Assembly: GCF_006345805.1 (NCBI RefSeq)
Contig: NC_042997.1
Coordinates: forward strand, 21,452,001-21,516,000
Origin: Octopus sinensis
Taxonomy: Eukaryota
DNA: 64,000 nucleotides
Reading direction: 5' to 3'
A model generated the notes under the pieces. That model was not told where the DNA came from. It did no database searches and was given only the letters and a program-made list of their open reading frames with translations. A program made the position numbers and the translations under genes. Below are positions 51,046-64,000 of the stretch, in pieces; position 1 is the stretch's first letter, and each line of letters opens with the position of its first letter.

Positions 51046-51447
51046 TATATATATATATATATATATGCACACCTCGTTCGTGGCGTAGGAATTGTGTGGT
51101 CGAGTTCACTTGGAATCTAGTACTTTTATTAGTTTATAATCGTTCGATGAATAGAACTCCAATTGTTCGATTGGACAGAACCAAACCCACTTCAAACTTG
51201 AAGCGTCTGCAGTCTGATGCAGACAACAACAACTACAACATGTGTGTGTGTGTCTGTGTGTCTGTGTGTCTGTGCCTGTGTGTGTGTGTGTGTGTCTGTC
51301 TGTCTGTCTCTATGTGTTATAAAACATATAATAGATGCACAAACAAGCAGAAAACAGATACAGAAGGTCGCGTTCGTTTGTACACTTATGCTTTTTAAGT
51401 TGTTATTTAACGGAACTCCACGTACTCTTATTTTGTTTACAGTAATT

Positions 51448-51484
<37 letters not shown>

Positions 51485-51543
51485 ATATGTGTGTGTGTGT
51501 ATATGCATGTATATATATATACATATATATACATATATATACA

Positions 51544-51576
<33 letters not shown>

Positions 51577-52165
51577 AAACGAGAGAGAGACAGAGACAGA
51601 TCCAAATAGAGAGACAGACAGACAGATAGATTCATTTAAATGAAGACACATACATATATGCAGTTGTGCAAAGGCAAACACATCTTACGCTCAAATCTCA
51701 GTGAGGTCAATTTATCAATTTCCCCTTTCATTGGTTCGAGGTCCATAGAATAAGTGCCAATGCATATGTGTGTGTGTGTGTGTTTGTGTGCGCGTGTGTG
51801 TGTGTGTGTGTGTGTGTAGTGTGTGTGTGTAGACTGATAGACGAATAAATGTGAGTGTGTATGTGTATGTGTGAATGCATTCTCTATATATTGATTTTTT
51901 TAGCAAGGTGTACATCAACAGGTTGCTATTTGTTTGAGTGCCTGTTTGTATATGCATGCGATTCTCTGTATGCGTGTGTGTGTGTGTGTGATTGTGTGCG
52001 CATGCTTATGTGCGTGTATGCGTCTGTGCGTATGTGTATGCGTGCGCGCGCGTGCATATGAGAGATGTGATACAATAGGAACACGCGATGAAAAAATTTG
52101 TAACCCTTATGTTGCTATTTCACTTCACGTATGCCACTAACTTTAACAGGGAAATATATATTTAT

Positions 52166-52246
<81 letters not shown>

Positions 52247-52485
52247 AATATATATATATATAATATATATATATACATAAACTATAGTTCCTGTTATCTC
52301 TCATTCCTTCTGTATTCTTTAGATTAATATTCACGAGGTTACTCTGGTAAGGAAGCGGTCAGGGAATTAACGTTTTTTATCACACTGACATGAAGTGACT
52401 AAATTATTCATTTATTCATATTTCTTCGTATGCATTTATAAATAAAAAAAAGAAAAATGTCAAGACAGCGACAACAATAACACGA

Positions 52486-52494
52486 ATAATAATA

Positions 52495-52526
<32 letters not shown>

Positions 52527-52546
52527 TAATAATATAATAATAATAA

Positions 52547-52577
<31 letters not shown>

Positions 52578-52649
52578 AAGAAGAAGAAGAAGAAGAAGAA
52601 GAAGAAGAAGAAGAAGAAGAAGAAGAAGAAGAAGAAGAAGAAGAAGAAG
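52486..52649. repeat. (AAT)n(AAG)n microsatellite
   Basis: Direct reading. Confidence 0.95.
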
Positions 52650-53551
52650 GCTGGACGTGACAGAGGATGGACGTATTTTTACGATGCTCTGAACTAGCAA
52701 CAGCGAACCCAGCAGGTCAACTGTAGAAAACTGGAAGATCTACTGTTTTCTGTAAGTAATTTGAATTACCCTCAAAATAAGTAAAAAAAAAAACTTACAT
52801 ATCTACAGCTCATACAAACGTACACCTAACAAGAAAAATTAGAAACATAAATATCTCCAATTCTGTGTGAACATTTACATTTAGTCGTCTCTCATGACTA
52901 TAAGAATGTGTAAAATTGCCTTTTAAATTACCTTTTATTGTAACAACACAATTAAATGCACGATAAAAAGTTATGGAATTAAGCACCTACTACTATATAC
53001 ATACAACTGAATTCAGAAATTTAAAAATATATACATAACATTGAACTCAGAAAGTTATTTAAAAAAAAAGAAAAAAAAAATCTTCGACGAAAACATCAGA
53101 TAATATGTGTGAGTGAATATACATATATATACATATATATATGCATGTGGTGAAGAAGAAAAGAGAACGGAAAAAAAATAAATAAATAAATAAACGTAAA
53201 CAGGTTTGACCTTTTACTGACCATTAACGTCCTTTGTCTCCACCATCTACCGTGGCTATTTATAGACCCAAAGAACATGAATTCTTTAACCACCCATTCT
53301 CCAACACAATGGAGTGTTGATGGTGGCTGTGGCTACACATAAAACAATGTCATTGAAGTTGGTGATGGTGATGTTGCTGATGATGGTGATGGTGGTGAAG
53401 ATGATAGTAATAACAATAATAACTGACAGACCCCGTCTTTTTCCCTTTCTTTTCATTTCCTTCTCCGTATTTTATTCTCATTATTTCGAACTAATACAGA
53501 CACAGTAAGCCTTGAAGAAAGGAAGAGGAGGAAAGGAGAAAAAAAAAAAAA

Positions 53552-56500
53552 ATGTCCGGAGATAAAACTATCAACAAAAAAAATACAGACGAATATAGAT
53601 CTGCTAGTCTTAAGAAGCGGCGCTATGAGCAATGCTTACATGTAGTGAACCATAAACTGACAGATCCATCTCCTAATATAAGAATGGATGCTCGTCATGC
53701 TTCAAGGTCAACAAATCAAACAATAAACCGCATTGGTCATTGCGCGGATTACAAAAGACCACGTACCCGAAAATTGAACCAAATCCTGATTGAAAAATCA
53801 GTTACTGGATCAAATCTTCCCAACACACAGGAGCTGGACGAACCCCACAACCGGAATATTCCAACAGATGGCCATCCATGCTCATCACCAAATAATCAAA
53901 AGAAAAAGAAGGAAAAATGGTCTAGGGAAGATAATAAAGAAGTTCTTGAGGCCTTCTACCATGCCATATATTTCCCCACAGATAAGTCTAGCACTGTACA
54001 AGCATACTTAAACTGGAGACAGAAACACCCTGAAGTAAGACCCTACATAGACAGTAACAAGCTTGCCAATGTTAGAAGAAACATTATAAAAAAGAAATTA
54101 CTGACTGAAGTAGAGATTGATCAGGTTAGACAAGCAATATCGGATAAAATGAACGAAGCTGCAGCTAGAGAAGATAATACAGAGGAAATGATTATAGACC
54201 AGCCCAGGGCGGATAAAAACGAAGAGAGGATTGAAAGAGTTAGTATAAGTGATAGGCAAAGTGAAATACGCCCTGAACCAATCATAAACACTAAGACAGA
54301 TGAGCATCAAATAGATAAAGAAAGTCACACAAATATTGACCCAACAGAACTACATGAGCTAAAAAATCAAATCATGATTGAATGGCTGAAAATTAAAGAA
54401 ACCAGCATGGATGAGCGTGATACACTTCCTAAAATCCGCAACTCTAACCAACTCTAACCGGCTTGCACTTAAGGATATAATTTCAGTTAATGATGTTGAT
54501 ATCACAAACCTCAACCACATATACTATGCATCCGCGAAAATCTCAACGATCCTATGTGGTGTAAAGATTAGAAAACGGCAACAGTCCCACAAAAAGCCTT
54601 CTTGGCAAGAGCGTCTGCAACAACAAATTAAAATATTTAGATCTGACATTGAATATTTGAAAAACCTTAAGGCTCACAAGACTACCAAACCTACAAAAAC
54701 CCAAAAATTACTGAAAAAATACAATATGAAAACTATACTTGATATTGATGCCACCATAGAAACCATCAAACAAAAGGTATCTGCCAAAGCTGCCCGCATA
54801 GCGAGGTATGAAAAGCGTGTTAGATTTTTCAAGGACAACAAGCATGTTCAAAAATAACACCAAGAATTTTTACAGGAAGATAGGAAAAACAGCGTTTACT
54901 GCAGGGTCTGTACCATCAAAAGAAGAGTGCAGAGATTTTGGAATAAAATCTGGGCAGAAGAAAAACACACAAACGAAAGGCCCCCTGGATTGACAGAATA
55001 TCTACAGAACTGGACCCCTTAGAAGAGTAAAAGTGGGAGGGTGTCAAGGTAGAAGATATAAGATCTGCTCTCAGGAGGTCAAGCAAATGGAAGTCTCCAG
55101 GAAGGATAAAATTCCTAACTTCTGGCTGAATGCCTTCCCAGAGAGCCATGAACTGCTAACAGAACTGTACAATGATGTTTTGCAACACCCTAGTAGGATG
55201 CCTCCTTGGCTAATTAATGGGTTAACATTCCTGCTTCCAAAAAGTGAAGAAACAAATGAACCAAAAAACTATAGACCCATAACCTGCTTAACAACTATGT
55301 ACAAAACACTAACATCTGTCCTGACGAATATACCTATAGTTTTTTAACAGACAGCAGCATATTCCCTAATGAACAGAAAGGATGTAAACGTGGATCCTAC
55401 GGCTGTAAAGACCAACTACTCATCAATAAGATGATCTTAGAAGATTGTCACAAACGACACAAAAACTTATCAATAGCCTGGATAGACTATAAAAAGGCTT
55501 TTGATAGCCTACCACATAGCTGGATTAGGAAATGCCTTGAAATGTATAAGATAGCACCAACTCTGCTGAAACTTCTTGACTGTAAGTATGAGATCATGGA
55601 GAACCACACTAACTCTGAACAGTGACAGTGAATCCCTAAATGCTGGTGATGTAAAAATTTCGTGTGGCATTTTCCAGGGTGACTCACTGTCACCACTCCT
55701 CTTTTGTTTATCCTTAATACCTCTCTCAAAGCTGCTCAATGACGCGCAGTACGGGTATAAAATGTTTGATAAAACATAAATCATCTCGTTTACATGGATG
55801 ATTTAAAGCTTTTTGCAAAAAATGATCAACAACTCAAGGGCTTACTAGCGATAGTCAAACAATTCAGTGACGACATCAGAATGCAATTCGGCCTCGAAAA
55901 TGTGCCAGGCTACGTTTATCAAAGGAAAAATGACAGAAACATCTAACGTTAACCTTGACCAACAGAATGTCATAAAAGAACTAGACCCAGCGGAGAGCTA
56001 CAAGTACCTAGGGGTAATTGAAGGGAACGGAATAAGGCATTCAGAGATGAAGGAAAGGATCAGGAGAGAATGCTATCGAAGAGTGAGAGCAATACTCAAG
56101 ACAGAGCTGAATGCAAGAAACAGGATCGAAGCAATCAATGCATTAGCTATACCAGTCGTGACTTACAGTTTCAATATTGTTAACTGGTCAATTACTGAAA
56201 TATGTCAGCTCTCGACAGAAAAATAAGGAACTGTTAACAATGCATAGAATGCACCACCCTAAGGCAGATACAGAACGACTCTATCTGCCAAGAAAAGAGG
56301 GAGGCCGTGGTCTTTTGCAACTGGCAATAACAATGAAGATTGCTACAATTGGCCTAGACACCTACCTGAAAAACTCTGAGGACTGGATGTTAAAACTTGT
56401 CTCAAAACATGAAAACAAGAAAGCATCATACTCAGTCACAAAACAGGCAAAGGAATATCTAAGTGAATTCCGAATACAACCAATTTCGGAATTAGAATAG

Positions 56501-57560
56501 ATATACAAGAAACAAGCACAGAAAAAGCTAGGCGCATGAAAACCCGTGCCAAAACTGCGGCCTTAGATATTCTGAATAATAAATGGCAAGAAAACCTCTC
56601 TATGGCAAATACCCAAAGAGAGCGAATAATGCAGATATCGACAAAGCCCTGACCCATCAATGGCTAATGGCCTCTGGCTTAAAATCTGAAACAGAGGGGT
56701 TTATCATAGCAGCTCAAGATCAATGCCTACCAACAAGAAACTACCAGGCCAACATATTAAAGATCAGAAGCAGTCCAACGTGTCGTGTATGCAAGCAACA
56801 AAATGAAACCATTGACCATGTGGTCTCCAAGTGCAGTCTTCTAGCGCCTACAGAGTATCTCAACAGGCACGATAGAGCTGCACAATATATTCACTGGGTA
56901 ATCTGTAAAAACCTGGATTTGCCCCATGAAAAAAACTGGTGGGAACACAAACCACCCCCAGTGCTTGAAAATGACCACATCTCACTCCTCTGGAACTTCA
57001 CCATTCAAACTGACAGGAAGATAGATGCAAATAGGCCAGACATCATATTGAAAGACTTCAAACAAAGAACATGCCTCCTCATTGATATGACTGTCCCAAT
57101 CGATATAAACGTATCTGTCAAGACCTACCAAAAACTAAGCAAATAAAAGATCTTGAAATAGAAATCAGCAAAATGTGGAAGCTGAAGACTAAAACAATAC
57201 CTGTTGTCATAGGTGCCCTGGGAATGATAGCAAAAGGGGCTGATAGCTACCTAACTCAGATACCAGGAAACCCAAAAATGGCAGAAGTTCAAAAGATAGT
57301 GCTCATGGGAACTGCTCATATCCTACACAAAATACTCTCTATGTAATCTCAAGGTTTAAAACAAACATAATTTTCGGTTTAAAAAAAAAAAAAAAAAAAA
57401 AAACTTTTTTTTTAGACATTCATTAGTACAACATCCCCACCCCCCAAATATGGCACACTAGGCATAACAACAACATGAACTTCCAACCCTGTTGTCTCTT
57501 GAGGTCTCTGGGTGAGACTTGAGCCAACTTGTACGAATATAAAGCAAAAGTCAAACATAG
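53552..57560 (+). mobile_element. Near-full-length R4/Dong-clade non-LTR retrotransposon, single ORF broken by stops and frameshifts (ORF ends ~57347)
   Basis: KWSREDNKEV N-terminal domain; [94 protein letters not shown]; 3' UTR then (AAT)n. 5' boundary uncertain. Confidence 0.95.
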
Positions 57561-57626
57561 AATAATAATAATAATAATAATAATAAATAATAATAATAAT
57601 AATATAATAATAATAATAATAATAAT
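57561..57626. repeat. (AAT)n tail or target tract
   Basis: Direct reading. Confidence 0.95.
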
Positions 57627-58293
57627 TTGTTGCGTACCGAAAGGGTGAGGGATGAAAGAAAAATTACTAGTACAATTTACAAAATGTAGTGTTTACATTG
57701 AAAGAACAAAAAAATTCAAAACTATATATTTTATATAAATGCGTTCTAGAGGCTTCTACGATACAGAACGCCACCTACAGGCATTTAAGGAACCACGCCC
57801 CAAATCTAGTATTTTACTGATTATCAAAAGTATTCTCCAGCATAAAGGAGTATACCAAAAGTAGTCTTATTCACTCGTGTTGTGTTAGCCACTCTCATTC
57901 GCCATTCAACAAGTATAGTTTGGGACAACACTCCGTTTTCACTTTCGCTTTTTTCTCCAAGAATAACATGAATTGATTACAGCATGGCTGAATAGAAAAG
58001 TGTTTGTATTCGGTCCTTTCATTTGTGTCCTTCATATAATCTCTTTTACCACAACAAACATATACAGGAACACCCTTTGACCTTCCCCGCCCAAACTGTT
58101 ATCACAATGGGCTTGGTTTAATGTCAGATCCGAACCGAACTAACCATGACACTCGCTGCTCAGCAATCATCCACAAACCAGCAACGTTTTGACATTAAAT
58201 GAGTGGAGAACGGTTTCGTCATTTCAGGCTGGCCAGGCTAATGGTAATGACCCCAGGAACTCTGCCTAACTAGAGATTTATGAAAGATACGTA

Positions 58294-58457
58294 AAGCATG
58301 AGTAACTGTGTGGTAAGTAGCTTGCTTACCAACCACATGGTTCCGGGTTCAGTCCCACTGAGTGACACCTTGAGCAGGTGTCTTCCACTATAACCTCGGG
58401 CTGACTAAAGCCTTGTGAGTGGATCTGGTAGACAAAAACTGAAAGAAGCCCGTCGTA
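58294..58457 (+). mobile_element. SINE family B
   Basis: CTGTGTGGTAAGTAGCTTGCTTACCAACCACATGGTTCCGGGTTCAGTCCCACTG...GAAAGAAGCCCGTCG. Confidence 0.88.
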
Positions 58458-59679
58458 CACATGTATGTGTGTGTCTGTGATGATGATGATGATGATGATG
58501 TCTTCGTTGTTGGTGTTGTTTTAGTTGAAGTAGCTGCGGGGATTGTTGACGATGCTGTTCGTTTCTTTTTGTCTTGGGAGTTATAGCGCTGGTGGTTTTT
58601 GTAGTCGACAATTTGTGTAAGGAGACAGTGGTGCTACCGCTGTTGATACCTGTGGTGTTTGCGATGACGTTGACTGTGTCTGTCACACTGCCTCTGTCAC
58701 ACTTTACCGTCGCACAACTTTCAATGCCGATGGTAGTTACAGATGCTTAAAGAAGACTTGTCCACTCACTCAATAATGAATAACCAGCAGCGCCATGACA
58801 CCGTTAGATTGTTACTCTTGCATGAACACCGAAATGAAATTTGTTAGGCTCCTAAGATATCACTAATATCTCCAGATTTAAGCCTTTACAGTAGATAAAA
58901 TATACTAACTCATTTGAGCCGTGTAACCGAAAAAGCGATAAACTTAGAAGTTCGGGAGTCTAAGTGTCGCAATCCTTAGTTTCCCTGACGGCTGCCACGT
59001 TTGAACATTAACTTTCAGCTGTATCCAGTTGTATTCCTCATTTTTATGGCGACGTCACATCACATTGTAATCTACGCACCTGGAAAGCAATCTTACCTAT
59101 ATTCTTCTTCCATCACCTGTCTGTCATCATCATTACAACATGCACACACATCAGTAGCAGAAACAAAAACAATTTGCAGAAGCTAAAAAAGAAACAAGAC
59201 TTTTTTTCCAGTAAGAAGCATAAAGACGTTTCACAGAAGTCATCATCACAAACACCAATATAGTTGCTTCAATACATAGTTTCAACGTAAATGTAGATAC
59301 TTCCAAAAAATGTATAGCACAAGAAAATCTAAAAATACAAATTCAAATGCACAGCTCAGATAACCAGTTTGATGAAAAAAAAGAAAAGAAACAAGCAACA
59401 ACCTCAAACCAAAAAGACCTCTGCCACATAACCTATATCAAGTAACTAAATACAACAAAAACAAATATAATAAACAAGAAGCAAAATCTAGCAAGGACGT
59501 GTATCCAGTGTTAACAGTTAAACAAGCTGTAAAACACTATACAAAGTAATTAACAACTGTAAGAACGTCCAAACCACATCACTTATCAAAATAACGAACT
59601 CAAGTAACGAGCTAACCAATAGCAAAAACAATTAACTTACGAAACACTTTTCCTAATTAGTCACTAATGAACACACACA

Positions 59680-59729
<50 letters not shown>

Positions 59730-60823
59730 GAAGATATATACCATCTGGCTTTGGTCTTTATCTTTTAAGTGACGTGAGAAAAGCAATGGACAAATTCCAG
59801 CTTTCAAACTTTTGCCTAACAAAAGCTAAAAATGCAAGGTGGCCCAAAAGTCACGAGGGTGTTAATAATTCATTTATGTTGTTTTCAATTTACGATAACT
59901 TAGCACCACATAGTGTGCGTGCGGGCGTGCGTGTGTATGTTTGTGTGTGTGTGTGTGTGTGTGTGTTTGTGTGTGTACATTAAGAGTGAAGAGTCACATT
60001 TTGTGAATTACGAATAAAAAATGTAATTAAAAGAAATTTATTAAACTTTTAGACCCTCTCTGTGACTTCTGGGCCACATTCTATATACAAAACAACTATT
60101 TTTTTCTTTGTTTTGTTATTTTGATTTATTGAATTGAATTAAGTGGTTTAATAATGTTTATCTCTATTCCATATGGTATATACGAGTATAGTGTCGAATA
60201 ATAAAATGATTATGTTCATCACATTAGTTAATACGTGCGTCACTATTATCCCAACACATTCTTTTTAACCTATGCGTACACGAACTTCTTACATCACCAC
60301 AAATCATATATACAGCCTCATAGTTAAATTATATCGATATCACATTTTTGCACCGTTCTCTACAACAAACGCCTAAACAAAAATTTGCTCAACTACTCCA
60401 ACACTAGATCAATCGCCTAAAACCTGTCTACAAAATAACAAACTAAAGCAGCACTTACCAGATTCGCTTTCACCTTCTTTACTAATAATACCCGAGATCG
60501 TCAAATATGTATAACCAAGCTCATTTATTTAAAATATATCGCATATATAACAACAAGACTACTAGGAATAAATCCAACTCCTTTTCGGCATTCTCAGGGT
60601 GTACGTTCAAAATAAAGAAAATGGGGTAACCATATTCAGATCTTCATGTTTAAGAGGCACCTGCTGTTGCTTGTTTTATTTGAACAAACAACAGATAATA
60701 AAACAGCCACATCGTTTTATTCCTTTTTTCTTTCAGTCTGCAGTCGGTGACCATGGGTAGTTTGTTCCACTCCATTCTTTCCTCCCTCTCATTACTTCTC
60801 TCTCGCTCTCTCCATTTCTGGCA

Positions 60824-61185
60824 AGAAATTGGCGAGATGTGGAACCTGAAGACTAAAACAGTACTTGTTGTCATAGGTGCATTAGAAATGATAGCAAAAG
60901 GGGCTGATTGCTACCTAGCTCTGATACCAGGAAATCCAAAAATGGCAGAAATTCAAAAAATAGTGCTCATGGGAACTGTCCATATCCTACGTAAAATACT
61001 GTCTGTGTAATCTCAAATTTCAAAACCAAACAATTTTCTTATGCTTTCTTAAACATTCCCTTGTGCAAAACCAAATATATGGCACCCTAGTCATAAGACC
61101 AACTTGAACTTCAAATTTGTTGTCCCTTGGGGTCTCTGGGTGAGACTTGGAGTCAAATTGTACAAATGCAAAACATAAGTCAAAC

Positions 61186-61188
<3 letters not shown>
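60824..61188 (+). mobile_element. R4/Dong 3' fragment, same subfamily as 53552-57560
   Basis: EIGEMWNLKTKTVLVVIGALEMIAKGAD...EIQKIVLMGTVHILRKILSV* plus homologous 3' UTR. Confidence 0.9.
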
Positions 61189-61283
<95 letters not shown>

Positions 61284-61297
61284 TGATGATGATGATG

Positions 61298-61349
<52 letters not shown>

Positions 61350-61366
61350 TGATGATGATGATGATG

Positions 61367-61977
61367 GTAACTAACCACCCAGACATAATAATCAAGGATC
61401 GGGTAAAAAAACACATGCTTACAGATAGACATTGCAGTCCCTTCTGACCAAAATATTGTCCAAAAAGAAGTGGAGAAATTGTCAAAGTACAAAGGCCTCG
61501 AAATTGAACTACTCAAAATGTGGTGCATGAAGGTGAAAAGAATACCCGTAATAATTGGAGCATTTGGCATGATGAAAAACATGAACAAAAACCTGGTAGT
61601 TATATCTGGATCCTCAACACTACACTCTATCCAAAAAATAGCCTTGCTGAGTACAGTCCACATCCTATGCAAGACACTATTAATTCAATAATACAAAATA
61701 ATCCACAAATACAAGACAATCTATACAGCAATTATTTAATGAAATAAACTACCACCAGGAAGCCGATTATATATAATGCATTACACACTCAACACACATT
61801 AAAGACAGTAATACAACTAAAGACTGCACCACACCTCAACAGATACAATACAATACTGGGAAGAGTTTACACACTCTCAACAACAAAAAAAGAATACACA
61901 ATGCGGCACACAGCAACAAGGAGGTGTAGCAGGTGATGAAGTGGAAATTTGCCTCAAACTACCAAATGTTGAACAGT

Positions 61978-61980
<3 letters not shown>
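61367..61980 (+). mobile_element. R4/Dong 3' fragment of a different subfamily
   Basis: NHPDIIIKD...IDIAVPSDQNIVQKEVEKLSKYKGLEIEL.KMW...IPVIIGAFG...IQKIALLSTVHIL*; flanked by (AAT/GAT)n and (AAT)n. Confidence 0.85.
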
Positions 61981-62023
<43 letters not shown>

Positions 62024-62034
62024 TAATAATAATA

Positions 62035-62065
<31 letters not shown>

Positions 62066-62074
62066 TAATAATAA

Positions 62075-62121
<47 letters not shown>

Positions 62122-62147
62122 AATAATAATAATCATAATAATAATAA

Positions 62148-62246
<99 letters not shown>
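61981..62246. repeat. (AAT)/(AGT) compound microsatellite
   Basis: Direct reading. Confidence 0.95.
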
Positions 62247-63465
62247 GCAACAACTACAACAGGGAGAAAATTCATAATAGTTACCAGGTGGTGCTATTAA
62301 GTTAGACATGGCCTGGGCCAATAGTGGCCGAAACCTATCAAAGTATCAAAGTATCAAAGTTATACATATACATGTAGAAGAACATGCTGAGGATCTCCTC
62401 AACTGAGACTCCTCAAGCAAGGATGAAAATATTATTACTTCTGAAGTTTTGCCTCAGGAGTCACAATTTAAAAAATTATTTGCATGTTCTTTACATATAT
62501 ATATATATATATAACTATTATGAATTTATTACATTTATAATATAATAACATTTATCACATTTATAATATCCATATAGGATTTACAATGAATGCCTAGTGG
62601 TGATTGGGGGAGATCGATACACTCCGAACGTATAGTGTATGAAGTTGAGGTGGTGACCGGCACGGGTAACCACAACAGTAGCGTTAGCAACAACAGCAGC
62701 AACACCAACACCAAAACACATCCGCCGATAGCAACAACAACGGCATCAATTGCAGCGACAAACATGTGTGTGTATGTGTGTGTGTGTGGGGGTCTCTGTG
62801 TGCATACGTGTGTGTGTGTGTAAACTAGGAACTTCCACATACTTTCTCTATACAACATTTACTTAAACAGCATCAGTCGGACTGAGGTTATGGTAGAAAC
62901 CACTGTGAGGCTGAACTCAAAACCAGATGGTTACGAAATAAACTTCTTAACCATAGATATGAGTCTATGCATACTATAAGGCGCCATTTTTAACAGAAAA
63001 AAATTCGAGTTGTCAATATTAACTTACTATTTATTGTATGTGTGTATGCATGAATGTATGTATGTGTATGTATGGATGTATGTATGTGTATGGATGTATG
63101 TAAGTATGTTTTTAGGTAGGTAGGTAGGTAGGTAGGTAGGTAAGGTCCTTCAGTTTCCACTGCAGATTGATCGATAGGTTCTGCGAGTTACTGTGTAAAT
63201 GGAAGTCGTGTAAATTGAGGGATGTTCTTAAAGATACTAATTAAAAATCACACAGACAAAATTTAAACAATTTTATACTGAAGTGGGAATGATAAATGCC
63301 ATAAATCGTATTTATTATCCCCATTAACTATACTGATTTGGACTTTTATTTCTTCACCTTTTGTTGTCGTTGTTGGTTTTTTTTTTCTTATTGATTATTT
63401 TTTCCGAATTGTTTTAACAGCTGCCTCGTCTAGATTAACATGATTTAAAGTAGATTACCTTATTT

Positions 63466-63683
63466 AAGGCGGCGAACTGACAAAATAGTTTACAGGACAG
63501 GCAAAATGCTTAGCGGCATTTCGTCCATCTTTATGTTCTGAGTTCAAGTTCCGCCGAGGTCGACTTTGCCTTTCATCTCTTTCGGGATCGATAACATAGG
63601 TACCAGTTTCATACAGAGTCGATGTAATGGACTTACTCTCTCCCCTGAATTTGCTGGCATTGTGCCAAAATATGGAACCAATA
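63466..63683 (+). mobile_element. SINE family A, full length
   Basis: AAGGCGGCGAACTGACAAAA...GTTCAAGTTCCGCCGAGGTCGACTTTGCC...GTACCAG...TGTGCCAAAATATGGAACCAA. Confidence 0.88.
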
Positions 63684-64000
63684 TATTACAGTATTTGATG
63701 GCATAAAAGCCACACGGGCATATCAGATACGCTCTAATTTAAGCAGCGCATATTCAGGAGAGAAGTTTTAAGCACACGAAAGCATATAACATACAGTTAA
63801 ACTCGCACATACGACAAGAGGGTGAATTTTGAAGTTTTCCCCCTGTTTTCCTTTTGGACAAATATGCATCTGTCGCTATAAAATATGGTAATTTTTATTT
63901 CCAAATAGTGCGATTGTCTTGACATTTGGAATTCAACCAATGGATCCCGAAAATTATAAACATAAAAACAAATAATCATTATAACTTGAGCGTTAATTGG

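Noticed and set aside
59170-59640. A-rich block, possibly a very old R4/Dong N-terminal remnant
   Set aside because: Only vague motif echoes; cannot be supported without alignment
62313-62340. CTG-GGCC-AATAGT-GGCC-GAAAC
   Set aside because: Core lacks ANGA and helices I and III do not form

Overview
AT-rich, microsatellite-dense eukaryotic intronic/intergenic DNA. The repeat content (tRNA-derived SINEs, R4/Dong-type, CR1 and RTE LINE relics, several Tc1/mariner relics, a Penelope-like GIY-YIG fragment) looks like an octopus/coleoid cephalopod genome; this assignment is from recall, not a search. Most ORFs in the supplied track are microsatellite artefacts or transposon debris, and no complete host gene is visible, only a few candidate + strand exons. 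The most notable signal is a set of hammerhead-ribozyme (HHR) motifs. Two canonical-core type I hammerheads sit head-to-head in the arms of a ~580-bp palindrome (3321-3903). Decayed minimal HHRs occur at 7947-7992 and at 10619-10671, the latter in the 3' UTR of the Penelope-like fragment. An HHR-like repeat family with a U at core position 6 occurs twice (6909-6944, 50921-50956). Other observations: several foldback hairpins, a near-full-length R4/Dong LINE plus fragments all abutting (AAT)n tracts, an old ~2-kb local duplication, and a tandemly duplicated mini-exon. All folds and alignments were done by eye; boundaries are approximate where stated.
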